DNA of 44,844 nucleotides, from positions 1 through 44,844 of the IMG/VR virus record IMGVR_UViG_3300032225_000646; one strand, written 5' to 3'. This DNA is from a virus (taxonomy: Duplodnaviria; Caudoviricetes). The position numbers and the translations under genes were made by a program. Under the pieces are notes generated by a model. The model worked only from the letters and a program-made list of their open reading frames with translations. It searched no databases and was not told the origin of the DNA. Within the stretch, counting starts at the first letter, position 1; each line of letters opens with the position of its first letter. This document shows, piece after piece, positions 10,701 to 18,902 of the stretch.

Positions 10701-13700
10701 CTTGATGGATTAAAGGCGCTAGCTAAAAAAGTATTCTCTGCAGGTGATGCTGGAGTGTATCAACTAGCTGCTGAATTGGGTGTATATAATGATGCGGCTG
10801 AGGCTTTTGCTGCCGCTAAGATGAACAACATGTCTTCTGCAGATATGCAGTTGCTTGTTACTCGTGAGATGGTGGCACACGTTGCAGAGCGCCCATTACC
10901 TAGCAAAGCTAGTCAAGCACTTAAAGACTTTATTAAAATGCTTGTTAATGCTCTGCGTAAATTCTTTACCGGTGCTGGTCTTGAGAATATGGCAGAAGCA
11001 ACAACTCAGGACATATATAACTTAGTACGTAAAGCCACAAAAGAATATGAATCAGGTAGGCTTGGCGCATACATGTCTCCTAATGGAGATGTAGTATTTA
11101 AAGGACCTAACCGTTACGGCAACACTGTAAGCCAAAGTTCTATTAATACGTTTGAAAAGATGTACGTTAAAAAGCAGACGTTGTTTGATAAATTTCTTGC
11201 TAACTTTACCGGTATGTCTGGGCGCATGCAATGGCTGGATAACTTAGCAGGCTTTGAGCAAATCCTTAATAAGGCTGAAGAAAACAAACAAATTACATCC
11301 GAAGATGCTCTAAAAGCTAACTATTATATGCGCCTCTATGGGCAGCGTTTAAATTTAACTGCGCAGTTTGCAACGAACGGTGTATCTAAAGTAGAAAAAA
11401 ACTCTGCTGGTGAGCTTGATCTTATTGAGCGTCCTGATGCGGCTAACTTAATTAACGTCAGTACTATACTTGAAAGAGCTAAAGCACTAGGCAACTCTAA
11501 AGTAATTAACCAGTTCTTCCAAACATATTTGGTAGCAAAACGTGTAGAACGTGTTGGGCTAAGGGCGTTAAACGTAGATCTTGACATTACTGAACAAGAC
11601 TTAAAACGTGTTAAAGCGGATATTGAAAGAGCCGGTGTTGAAGGTATATTTAAAGAAGCCGCCGCAGAATACGCTAAGTACAATAGATCGTTGATTGATT
11701 TTGCCGTTAAGATGGGCGCTATTCCTAAAGAAGAAGGCGCGCGGCTTACAAGATACGATGACTACGTACCTTTCTATAGAGTAAATAGTGACGGTGCCGC
11801 AGAACTTTTAATTGCCGGAGAGCGTCCAATTAGAATCGGTGACATGGCAACACAACCGTATTTACATGAGCTCGTTGGCGGTAAAGAAGGTTTGGTTGAT
11901 TTTGAAACTAGTGCTTTTCAAAACACCGGTGTGCTAGTTGATTTAGCTATGCGTACTATGGCTACCACTACTTTAATGGATCAACTATCTAAAATTGGTG
12001 GTAAAGATAGAATTGCAGTACGTGTTAAGCCTAGGTCTAAAGGCACCAATATTATTCATGGCAAAGTAGATGGTTACGAAGCAGCTTGGAAACTAGATAC
12101 CACAGATACTGGTTTTGAAGATATTCCCGCCGACCTGCTTGTTAAGGGTCTTGAAGGTATTAAGACAACGCTGCCTGCAATTGTTAAAGGCATGGGTTTA
12201 CCAGCTAGGTTCTTGCGTACGATGATTACTCGTACACCTACGTACCTAGTCAATCAGATTGCTAAAGACTCTACAGCTATGTGGCTGTATTCCGGTGCAG
12301 ATATTAAACCCGGTATTAGCGCCCTTAAAGAACTTGGCACAATGTTGACAGGTAAAAATGCGGCTGAAAAAGAACTACAGGCGTCGGGTATTGAAGGCGG
12401 TCAAGTATTTACTGGTATGCCGGAAGATCAAGCTAAAGCGTTTTTGACAATTATGGGCGGTAAAAACACCATGCAAAGCCTGTTTGTTAAAGCTGACAGA
12501 CTTGCTATGAAAGCTGACGCAGCTACCCGTGTCGCTATGTATAACGCCTATACCAAAAAAGGTATGTCCCCAATGCGGGCTAAGTTGGCAGTACTTGAAG
12601 CATTAAACTATAACAAGCGTGGTTTATCCCCGACTGTTCAAATGTTGGCAACAGTAATTCCGTTTATGAACACGCAGATTCAAGGTCTTGATGTTCTTGT
12701 TAAAGCGTTTAGTGGCAAGTTAACTTTAGGTCAACAAAAAGATTTGCGTGCCAAGCTATGGCGTCGTGGCATGGCTTTAAGTATGTTTACCATAGCATAT
12801 GCCTCATTGATGTCTGATGACGAAGCGTACAAGAACGCGGATCCTTTTACTAAATACACAAGCTGGTTTATACGTGTGCCGTTCTTTGATGAGCCTCTTA
12901 AAGTTCCAGCTCCGTTTGAATTTGGTTATGTCTTTAAAGCAATCCCCGAAGCTATATACGGCTTGGCATTTAAAGATGAAAAGCTCAGCAATTTTACTAA
13001 GTTTGCTAAACAGGCTGCAATGAATTCTATTCCAGTTGGCATACCGCAAGCCTTTAAACCAGCTATCGAAGCCTATACTGGTACTTCTTTCTACACAGGT
13101 CAAGCTATTGAATCCGCTCGTGATAAGGCTATGTTGCCCGGCTTTAGAGAACGTAACAACACAACAGAAGTATCTAAACTAATAGCTTCAATGGCGCCTG
13201 AGTACCTGTCTCCAGTAATGCTAGATCATATGGCAAGAGCGTACGGCGGTAGTTTAACTGTGGCAATGGCTAGCGTATTAAATCCATTCTTGGCGCCTAC
13301 GTCCGATATAGTAGCGCCAGAGAAAACCGCTAGTCAGTTGCCTTTAATTGGTGGTTTCTTCCAACCTAACGATGCTCCGGGCGTAATTAACGCAGCGTAT
13401 GAAATATCTAATCGTGCGCAGCAAGCTAGCAAGTCGTTTAATGATTTACTTAACAGCGGTCAAAAAGAAAAAGCTCTAGCTGTTCTTAATAAGTTTAAGT
13501 CTGAGATTGTTATGCAAGAAGCTGCTGGCTCGTTTGTTCGTGAGATGGGTGAACTTAGTGCACTTGAGCGTTTGCTCTCTCGTGGTGAAGTACCCGGTAT
13601 GAGTGCGGCAGACAAAACAGCTAAGTTAAAAGAAGTTCGTGCAGCTAAGATTAAGATAGCTGAGATGTTTAACCAAACCAATAAAACAATTAGCGAACGC

Positions 13701-13706
13701 GTGTAA
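4728..13706 (+). CDS. Giant polyvalent internal virion protein (zincin-like metallopeptidase motif, LPD38-like C-terminus)
   Basis: 2992 aa; N-terminal Gly/Ala hydrophobic helices, long coiled coils, AHEIIGH at 10656-10676 with downstream REMVAH; C-terminal 'VPAPFEFGYVF..IPQAFKPAIE..SFYTG..SPVMLDH' resembles LPD38. Confidence 0.7.
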   Translation: MTYGIRLPDGSTVGFTDDVPMEQAQLLVRKNFPEAFEKKSGVGAEFKEGLASLIGGTKTALTAPFDPKEAAKRGLLEEQARGAEFESSVGLDKLKKAYADYGLLGGASEVMRQAPAVVAGMAPQTLATLGATATGARLGAVAGLPGIIGGGIAGFGSSFLPQAGSNITRQAEEQQRAGQEINPNLTAAYGAAAGQAALETASLGFGLGKRLVSKVLGESEEQIAKGLAKNATKYEADLVKAAEAKLLPTVAKGAARGLVEIPTEVAQQILERAQAGLPLLTDDAIKEYGESAYQAGIGGSFLGGAAGPLSRSSARGELDTMRAGQRAAQRKEELAKEAEYKASPEYITELTTRRDEIQEELGVLKSILKTKPTDEEDKFARSELKARKRDLDLEMQGIVSSLREAKPEDKGLPLTSQQLVDRERNRIDEAATLKQLRATDSRAADDYAKYIKAEDTYQALRDKEAQRQLNVQEKARQKEAKAIIDAHNESVKGIGKTAGAVTDEFGNIVPGLTKKGALAGRELSVDQRIKLEEYDNAVKALNDKIAASGGIKRQNLYDKAYVSDNANLEEIDQLKQDIRDKYEGIKDFAGERKSPPPPESTVDKIIAQISKPEPEPAELTPEQKEAQTKRIADLQKYKQNFNDAVAYYQKLLDEAEETAQQPRAKGKRGQELFAETKKGRSLEVLKKGEELQAALDAQNKAKGELIEFLEYPDVELAQQEIKQFEAKLKKAKTPEEVESLQNTIAKLQAKLPALTKKAAEFKGTVVTPLEASDALKDVALLDLTDTIDSMRKGEFFGGPNPAMATGSAATKAIKARKELDRYIKIVINSINAEREAKNLGKLSEKSVNEIQDKFLELFGGKIARATGKKARVLKAAGEKAPEDTTLRRAFEAAGFKFKELPKGEGEIKTGFSRAEFADVKDFTQDIVDQYTNKERTFGKLTRETTNDLFTEGRNQYTGNLLTKERKEDTSRPRKTEGTATDIEQTARLLDKVLDADLTGAQRSVFERAETLLAEGKRTKDTESTTASGTKNVIPGLVDAVNEQGNRVLNGLEPDLRDIREAIKRVEETFATPVQTQPSGKPATQLEFFPGETATIRASQQNFTNLLSVQRRKGSAVINAARKYLARLKGDKPSAAEFAKLFDNRNIWELLKEANKLDAEGAKFVRESKSKKFDPAEKAERASKAEQAFQMADEFRKEAYDVYAAAEKDILKKIEKLDKPAEMLVQFETQKKKIEKEIKETLAKQAKEQVERNMPEYPERIKMLRLQNKTISTAIKSTKERVAKEQAEASRKIGLGLPGTRSTIPVQAKITAQLPHRYDAVQVPFNFARTYFKEMMERRSVTMNKKQVEAYQQASAKYKESRTKLNKALKENNVDKRIAAIMNSMVEMDDGTREYRKLENNILGLEEVLEQKVLGTQAKNVITPIEITPKRDVSTDKALGFKVPELVKDEDFVGRISEKDLAAMRKKQNDEFEAAKKRLYGLSLQGESKRADTETERSALATKIAQLEKDIKATDVILSARRVGMAVGKAQEEMGAKRFKPSETEKAMTKAGKFEKAGVAPEYYATVAQAYKTRQNETRKTAERRTPAHVTKLASRIAGLQMQLEHGTFTETSRYQDNPKTDKPELVKYSVEQQKQELAKEIEELKKDLAGAVSRVKTDLLAKAFNQVIDTNFRIKTSKGGSIDPAVADGFINNMLKKQGFNPTRRAVTGAIGAFMLPIKIPSIAGINADFKQMIARNAMSGLALPINYDETFNDNFNKRYGSFWPDAMGDLEHRADKITGSVLSLVENTYGSLVTDSKNDFSFKDHSKAANFQEAFDDKIYKALRKLYKPFAHKEWSGYADSQKDFNFIVEEMMYTDRGQMGNEWQNAHSALYVNDPTEYAALVTEAYTSALRAVGINPQKAVEQIDNAKAKTVMLASGVKFVYAKDISQAPDAFINAAIAANKNLLTVQGGVMPDGTVVVVGNAHTDIADLEETIAHEIIGHYSVDTVLGLDGLKALAKKVFSAGDAGVYQLAAELGVYNDAAEAFAAAKMNNMSSADMQLLVTREMVAHVAERPLPSKASQALKDFIKMLVNALRKFFTGAGLENMAEATTQDIYNLVRKATKEYESGRLGAYMSPNGDVVFKGPNRYGNTVSQSSINTFEKMYVKKQTLFDKFLANFTGMSGRMQWLDNLAGFEQILNKAEENKQITSEDALKANYYMRLYGQRLNLTAQFATNGVSKVEKNSAGELDLIERPDAANLINVSTILERAKALGNSKVINQFFQTYLVAKRVERVGLRALNVDLDITEQDLKRVKADIERAGVEGIFKEAAAEYAKYNRSLIDFAVKMGAIPKEEGARLTRYDDYVPFYRVNSDGAAELLIAGERPIRIGDMATQPYLHELVGGKEGLVDFETSAFQNTGVLVDLAMRTMATTTLMDQLSKIGGKDRIAVRVKPRSKGTNIIHGKVDGYEAAWKLDTTDTGFEDIPADLLVKGLEGIKTTLPAIVKGMGLPARFLRTMITRTPTYLVNQIAKDSTAMWLYSGADIKPGISALKELGTMLTGKNAAEKELQASGIEGGQVFTGMPEDQAKAFLTIMGGKNTMQSLFVKADRLAMKADAATRVAMYNAYTKKGMSPMRAKLAVLEALNYNKRGLSPTVQMLATVIPFMNTQIQGLDVLVKAFSGKLTLGQQKDLRAKLWRRGMALSMFTIAYASLMSDDEAYKNADPFTKYTSWFIRVPFFDEPLKVPAPFEFGYVFKAIPEAIYGLAFKDEKLSNFTKFAKQAAMNSIPVGIPQAFKPAIEAYTGTSFYTGQAIESARDKAMLPGFRERNNTTEVSKLIASMAPEYLSPVMLDHMARAYGGSLTVAMASVLNPFLAPTSDIVAPEKTASQLPLIGGFFQPNDAPGVINAAYEISNRAQQASKSFNDLLNSGQKEKALAVLNKFKSEIVMQEAAGSFVREMGELSALERLLSRGEVPGMSAADKTAKLKEVRAAKIKIAEMFNQTNKTISERV

Positions 13707-13866
13707 ACAAAACACCGAGTTTGCCCTGTACGGTACCAAACTCGGCTTTACCTATGATGTGGTAGTGAGTGGCGGCGCTAAGCCCCTCACTTTTTGTTTC
13801 TTCTAACCGCAATGTTGGTATAAAAAACTTCTGCTTAACTTCTAGCTTTTGCCACGGATAATGCAT
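13690..13866 (-). CDS. Small phage protein, possibly DNA-binding
   Basis: MHYPWQKLEVKQKFFIP resembles the widespread phage 'YPF..MEVGDSFF' family; start immediately follows the primase stop. Confidence 0.55.
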   Translation of the reverse strand: MHYPWQKLEVKQKFFIPTLRLEETKSEGLSAATHYHIIGKAEFGTVQGKLGVLFTRVR

Positions 13867-13867
13867 C

Positions 13868-16744
13868 TTAACTTTCTTCATTGTCGTCAGGCGTTATCGG
13901 TCTAGTAATCTGCATCACATTAACCCGCATTGACGGACCACGAGTCTTGGTTAGCATATCTTTACGCACGTACTTAACCTTGTAGTTGGGCATCGCCTCA
14001 ATAGCTTCTTTGAAGTCTTTGTAACCAAAACTCATTGACACACAATGTTGTTTAAGCAACTGCTCTTCAATAAAGTAATCAATGTGCCCCGGTGTAAAGC
14101 CTTTTTCTACACGCCCTGCAATATCAGATCGAGTTAACGATTCGTCTACTGCTTCCGTACCGCCCAGACTAGCTATTAATTTACCCTCAATAGATAGCTT
14201 AACCATAACAAACTTACCATAATACTCACGGGTGTAGGCGTTCAATACATCTTCAGCCGTACGCTCACTACTATGAATAATCCCACGAGCGCTGTACACC
14301 ATCATGCGCAAAACTTCTACGATAGGTTTAACTGGAATATCAATAATGTTGGCATACTTTTTACCAAGCAGTTGTACAACAGTGATAATGCAACTATTGC
14401 CAGCAGTCCAGTAGCGCTCGTCCTCGTTAGACTCAAACTCTACCTTGAGTTTGGCTTTGGTTTCATTCAACACCTGCTTGGCGGTTTCTCTGTTACGTAC
14501 TATCCAACGGATTAATTCACGCCCTGCTACACCAAAGTTCTTCTTGAGTAATGACAAGGCTTCTGCTTCTTCGGAAGTCCACTTTAGCTTCTTGTTCATT
14601 TGCAGTTCTAAAATACGGAACATCTCAGCCTGTGATGCGTGTTTACGAGCGCCCGATAAGAAGTCCATGACGTGCGTATTGGACGAGAAAAGCACCAGTA
14701 GTTTCCAAGTAGTGTCGTTAATCCGTTCTTCGTTAGACCCCTGCTTCATGCGGTCTTTGCCCTTACCCTGCGTTAAATCTAACAGGAACTCAGGCAACCA
14801 CTCAAAGTCATCACGACTCTTGTTGGTAGTCTCGTCAATAATGAAAGGCAAGCTGTTCAATAAACCCTGACGTTGTTGCGATGCAACAATAGACGTACTC
14901 TGCGTTACACGATACCGCTCAGGATGACCAAAGAAACTAGCCGCTAGTTCAAGAGCCAAAGACTTACCCATACCTGATTTAGAAGAACCGAGGTGGTACA
15001 CACATCCGTTGTAGCCTGTAAAGTCCATCAAGACAGAAGCTGGACCAACTAAAGACATAGCCAAGACCTGCCACTCACCTTTGGCAATCAGCATGTTAAA
15101 GACCTTCTTCCAGTTATCTAGCGTGCCAGTTGGTTTGGTAGACTGATTGATGTTATCTAGCGCTGGAGTTGGTACGTAGATTTCTGTGCCGTCAGGTGCA
15201 AAGATACGGCTGTTGTACACAAACGTTTCGTCTTCTTGCCAGCCACAACTACTTGGTATAGGTATAGCTTTCTTGTTGGCGCTAATAAACTCCACACAGC
15301 CACGCACATAGTCAAACAAGTTCTTGTCATTACCAGCACCAAAGGCGGCGATGATGTTCTGATTAGCTAGTGCCTTGACGGTTTCTTCCTTGCTAACAAT
15401 TGATTTCTGTGGAATTAAGATGTCAATCGCACCATCAGGTCTAAAAGCCATTAGGTGAACGATGTGATCTCCTTTATTATTAAGAATATCTACTGCGAAC
15501 AAATCGTAGGGGAGAAGCATTACCTGTTTGCGCGATTTACCGCCCTGCTCGTCCTCCACCATCCTGTCCATAAACACACCGCCGTTAGTGCCAAAGCCAA
15601 ATCCTTTAGGTGGAGTTGGGCGTGTAATCTTGACTGGTTCTGTCTCATCATTAAGATTGGCTGATATTTCCTTCTCTTGTATCCGATCGACTACAACTTC
15701 TTTTGGCTCGTTGTCAACTTTAATTTCACGACCTAGTGCTAATGGGTTAGTAATCTTGCCGTAGTGTGGACAAGCGGTACAGATGCCGGGGTTTGCTTCA
15801 TCTAGCTTAAGGCACTTGTATGGTCCTTTGATCTGATTCCACTTGGTATTGTGACGGTCTAAATCATAGGGGTGCATAGCTGATAACGCCAAGCCTTCTT
15901 CTACCCCGTCAGTACATGACTTAGCTATGCTGAGGATGCCACGCCACAAGGGTTCCATGCCGTCTTCTTGCGCATGTTCTTTGTAGTAGTTGATCTGACC
16001 GCATGTTGTGATGTTTTTAAAGAACGTAACGCTGTTTTCTATCAGCTTGACGCTATTGGCATTGGGCGGTAGTTTAGGGCGGTTTCCGGGCAGTTGTAGT
16101 GTGGGTAAGCCTTCGTATGCCGCAACACCGATCTCTTCTTTAAGGTGGCTTGCAAGGGTCTCAAAATCGAACGTGGTGCCCTGTACCTTAACAACTACTT
16201 TGCGTGGCTTTTCTTGCTTGTAGTTGTGTGTATCAGGCACACGCAGGATACGTGCGGCATCCCCTGTAACGGAGTAGTCGATGTTGAAATTGAGCTTCTT
16301 GCACAACCGTTTTAAGTTCTCTGCAACAGGTTTCCAAGTGGCAATATCTACTTCTTCGGTAAACGGAAAATAAACGTGCAAGCCCCCACCGCTGGAAATA
16401 ATCCACGGATTACCCAAAGATTCAAGGCGTGAGTCTACTAAAAACTGATCCAATGCACGAGCGGCATCGGCTTTGCTTTCGTAGTCCTTACCTACTGCAC
16501 AATCAATATCTAAGAACAAAGATTTAATCTTTACCGCATTATCGGCAAGACGTTTCTTCTCGTCATTAAACGTAGCTAGTGCATAGAAAGTGTTGTACTT
16601 TTTCTCGTCAAACTGCATAGCGGCGCTATACAACTCTTCAATCGTATTTACAAATACGTGTTCTTTTTTAGCTGTGCTAATTTCTACGGCGCAATAAACA
16701 CCCGAAGTCGGTAGCACAGTCGCTAGGAATTCCTGCGACGTCAT
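13868..16744 (-). CDS. Primase-helicase (AEP/RepB-like primase plus DUF927-type helicase)
   Basis: 958 aa; FLDID and SGGGLHVY primase motifs, RILRVP, Cys cluster (C..CTAC), Walker A GSSKSGMGKS, Walker B FIIDE. Confidence 0.85.
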   Translation of the reverse strand: MTSQEFLATVLPTSGVYCAVEISTAKKEHVFVNTIEELYSAAMQFDEKKYNTFYALATFNDEKKRLADNAVKIKSLFLDIDCAVGKDYESKADAARALDQFLVDSRLESLGNPWIISSGGGLHVYFPFTEEVDIATWKPVAENLKRLCKKLNFNIDYSVTGDAARILRVPDTHNYKQEKPRKVVVKVQGTTFDFETLASHLKEEIGVAAYEGLPTLQLPGNRPKLPPNANSVKLIENSVTFFKNITTCGQINYYKEHAQEDGMEPLWRGILSIAKSCTDGVEEGLALSAMHPYDLDRHNTKWNQIKGPYKCLKLDEANPGICTACPHYGKITNPLALGREIKVDNEPKEVVVDRIQEKEISANLNDETEPVKITRPTPPKGFGFGTNGGVFMDRMVEDEQGGKSRKQVMLLPYDLFAVDILNNKGDHIVHLMAFRPDGAIDILIPQKSIVSKEETVKALANQNIIAAFGAGNDKNLFDYVRGCVEFISANKKAIPIPSSCGWQEDETFVYNSRIFAPDGTEIYVPTPALDNINQSTKPTGTLDNWKKVFNMLIAKGEWQVLAMSLVGPASVLMDFTGYNGCVYHLGSSKSGMGKSLALELAASFFGHPERYRVTQSTSIVASQQRQGLLNSLPFIIDETTNKSRDDFEWLPEFLLDLTQGKGKDRMKQGSNEERINDTTWKLLVLFSSNTHVMDFLSGARKHASQAEMFRILELQMNKKLKWTSEEAEALSLLKKNFGVAGRELIRWIVRNRETAKQVLNETKAKLKVEFESNEDERYWTAGNSCIITVVQLLGKKYANIIDIPVKPIVEVLRMMVYSARGIIHSSERTAEDVLNAYTREYYGKFVMVKLSIEGKLIASLGGTEAVDESLTRSDIAGRVEKGFTPGHIDYFIEEQLLKQHCVSMSFGYKDFKEAIEAMPNYKVKYVRKDMLTKTRGPSMRVNVMQITRPITPDDNEES

Positions 16745-16759
16745 GTGAAACCTTTCGAA

Positions 16760-16927
16760 TTAATAACTGCGTGTTTGTACTATTTTGTCAGCGAAGCGGC
16801 GAACTAACTCTATTTGAAAATTCTTAGGCAAGCCTTGAGCGTATACAAATTCTTCAGCAAAACGTAATAGTTCAAGATCACTAAGAGACGAGGCATGGAT
16901 TGGAGTTTCTATTGGTGTTTGTTGCAT
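16760..16927 (-). CDS. Hypothetical protein (55 aa, not in ORF track)
   Basis: MQQTPIETPIHASSLSDLELLRFAEEF...TRSY*; fills the gap between the HTH gene and the primase. Confidence 0.6.
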   Translation of the reverse strand: MQQTPIETPIHASSLSDLELLRFAEEFVYAQGLPKNFQIELVRRFADKIVQTRSY

Positions 16928-17175
16928 TGTCTTAGTGCCTCTTCTGATGTCTTGCTTGATTGGAGTATGTTCAACAAGGACTGCACACGCATCTTATACG
17001 CGTTAGTTACTTCGGTTCCGCTAAACCAGTTGTACACAGTTTGTCTTGTTGCGCCTGTAAATTTTGCTACTTCTATTACTGGGAAATCTAAGCTGATAGC
17101 CCACCGCCCTAGCTGGTTGCCCAGCGTCTTAGGTGCGTTTTTTGTTGTGTTTCTAATTTCTTCTGAATAAGCCAT
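16909..17175 (-). CDS. Helix-turn-helix DNA-binding protein
   Basis: VIEVAKFTGATRQTVYNWFSG is an XRE/Cro-like HTH. Confidence 0.75.
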   Translation of the reverse strand: MAYSEEIRNTTKNAPKTLGNQLGRWAISLDFPVIEVAKFTGATRQTVYNWFSGTEVTNAYKMRVQSLLNILQSSKTSEEALRQCNKHQ

Positions 17176-17264
17176 GATTTTCTCGTTAAATTGTGGGCGG
17201 GGGTACTAGTGCAATGTATGTGAAGCATTGGGTTATAAACCATCCACGTTCCCCCCAAAACTAA

Positions 17265-18146
17265 TTACTCGTCATCCCACTCATCAACGGTAGCGGCTAG
17301 GCTACTGGCTTTCTTCTGTGGTACTGCGCTTGCTTTAACGGCTGGCTTGCGCTTCTCCGGCTCATCAAATGACTCCGCTTCAACTTTAGCTACTGGCTTA
17401 GCGCCTTCAATCTGAAGTGGCTTTTCGGCAGGCTTAGCGACTGACATTGTAATAGCATTTTTAGCTGGAGTAGAAGCACCTTTGTCTACCGCTACTGCGT
17501 ACTCGTCATCCTCTAACCAACGTAATGGTTGGAAAAACAACTTGGGTACTGCGGCTTTTGTATCAAAACGTAGACGTGTTACCAATGTCTCAGGGTTAAT
17601 ACTTTGTGCGGCAAGGTAACGAGCATAGGCTTGTAGTGGGCGTTTGTCGCCTTCTTCTTTACCAAAGATCGATGTAGCCGCTAAAGTTAACTGCATTACG
17701 TCGCCTTGAATATCGTTGGCTAAGACTACAGCAAGACGTTGTGAGAAACGACAAGCCTTGGAATCGCCCTGACCTGAGCCTTTAACATTCATTGGGCACG
17801 ATGCACAGTTAGACGCTTGTGGCTCATCAATAGACGCATCAGGTGTTTCGCCGTCAGCAGACCAGCATGTTGGTGCTGAGGTATTACCTTCTTCGTATGT
17901 ACCAGCGTAGTATGTACGGCTGATTTTTGGTGCGGCATTAACAATTACAACGTCAAGATGACGATCGTCAATAGAGGTAATCTCTTTGCCGTCAGCCATC
18001 AAACGAAATACACCGCCCTTGATTGAGATACGTTTGCCACCGCCACCTACACCACCTCCTGCGAGGCTCTTGGCTAATGATGATAACTCCGCTTTGCGTG
18101 CAAAAGATGGCGCTTGTGTTGCATTAAAGTTGGCTAGTTCGCCCAT
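17265..18146 (-). CDS. Single-stranded DNA-binding protein-like
   Basis: 293 aa in replication cluster; CWS..C..C..C motif and acidic/aromatic tail (VDEWDDE). Confidence 0.6.
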   Translation of the reverse strand: MGELANFNATQAPSFARKAELSSLAKSLAGGGVGGGGKRISIKGGVFRLMADGKEITSIDDRHLDVVIVNAAPKISRTYYAGTYEEGNTSAPTCWSADGETPDASIDEPQASNCASCPMNVKGSGQGDSKACRFSQRLAVVLANDIQGDVMQLTLAATSIFGKEEGDKRPLQAYARYLAAQSINPETLVTRLRFDTKAAVPKLFFQPLRWLEDDEYAVAVDKGASTPAKNAITMSVAKPAEKPLQIEGAKPVAKVEAESFDEPEKRKPAVKASAVPQKKASSLAATVDEWDDE

Positions 18147-18160
18147 GATTCTTCCTTTAT

Positions 18161-18415
18161 TTAATTAACTAAGTTGTTTTTATAGGCGTCTTTTGATTTA
18201 AAGTGCGCAACGCCTTCTCTTACACTCTGTACTAATGCTTCTTCGTTTGCATTCAACTTTGCCGCTAATAGGCACACTGCATTTAAATACACTTCAAAAG
18301 CAATTCGCTCAGTAGCGCCTGCTTCTTTCATAAGCGAATGAACGTTTTTAAAAAGTAAGTCATACGCTTTTTGCTGAAGACCGTCAGCAATCTTCATGTA
18401 TTTTGCTTCTTCCAT
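18161..18415 (-). CDS. Hypothetical protein
   Basis: 84 aa with AAGGAG RBS. Confidence 0.6.
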   Translation of the reverse strand: MEEAKYMKIADGLQQKAYDLLFKNVHSLMKEAGATERIAFEVYLNAVCLLAAKLNANEEALVQSVREGVAHFKSKDAYKNNLVN

Positions 18416-18424
18416 TACTGCTCC

Positions 18425-18835
18425 TTATTTGGTTGGTTTACGTACTGTTACTGCATACTCGGACATTGAATTGAGACCGGCTGGCACCATGCCGGGATTC
18501 TCCTCTAAAAACATAGACATATTCTTCTGCGCTATGCGCTTCTCAAACAGATCTAGTGCGTCATGCTCTATAACAAACGTCTTGAAGGAATCCCAGTCGT
18601 CTGTGTAGTAGCGTGTCTTTTGCGACAAAATAATAGTGCCTTCATCTGTGCGCACAGAGCTACTGCCCAATGCCAACATCTGATCTTTCATGGCGTTCTT
18701 AATTTCTTCTTGCTTCGTTTTAAGTTCTTCAATCTGACTCTCATACTCCTTGGTCAGTTCTTGAACCTTTGTGTATATCTTGCGGTACACACGAGCTAGT
18801 TTATCTAGCGGTATTACATCCTCTTCGTTTGGCAT
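18425..18835 (-). CDS. Conserved phage coiled-coil protein
   Basis: Start MPNEEDV at 18835 after AAGGAGC; coiled coil followed by beta-rich 'SVRTDEGT..DWDSF' region typical of genes next to phage SSBs. Confidence 0.65.
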   Translation of the reverse strand: MPNEEDVIPLDKLARVYRKIYTKVQELTKEYESQIEELKTKQEEIKNAMKDQMLALGSSSVRTDEGTIILSQKTRYYTDDWDSFKTFVIEHDALDLFEKRIAQKNMSMFLEENPGMVPAGLNSMSEYAVTVRKPTK

Positions 18836-18856
18836 TTTTATGCTCCTTTGTAAAAG

Positions 18857-18884
18857 ATTATACATAACTTTTGATGCTTAGTAA
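18857..18884 (-). promoter_or_regulatory. Putative sigma70-type promoter
   Basis: Minus-strand TATAAT at 18857-18862 in the intergenic gap; only a weak -35 (TTACTA). Confidence 0.4.
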
Positions 18885-18902
18885 CCCGACATAGGGTTTT
18901 CC

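Noticed and set aside
4728-13706. Giant protein as an N4-like virion RNA polymerase using hairpin promoters
   Set aside because: I could not identify T7-type polymerase motifs in a convincing arrangement; the recognisable motifs fit a polyvalent protein. A profile search would settle it
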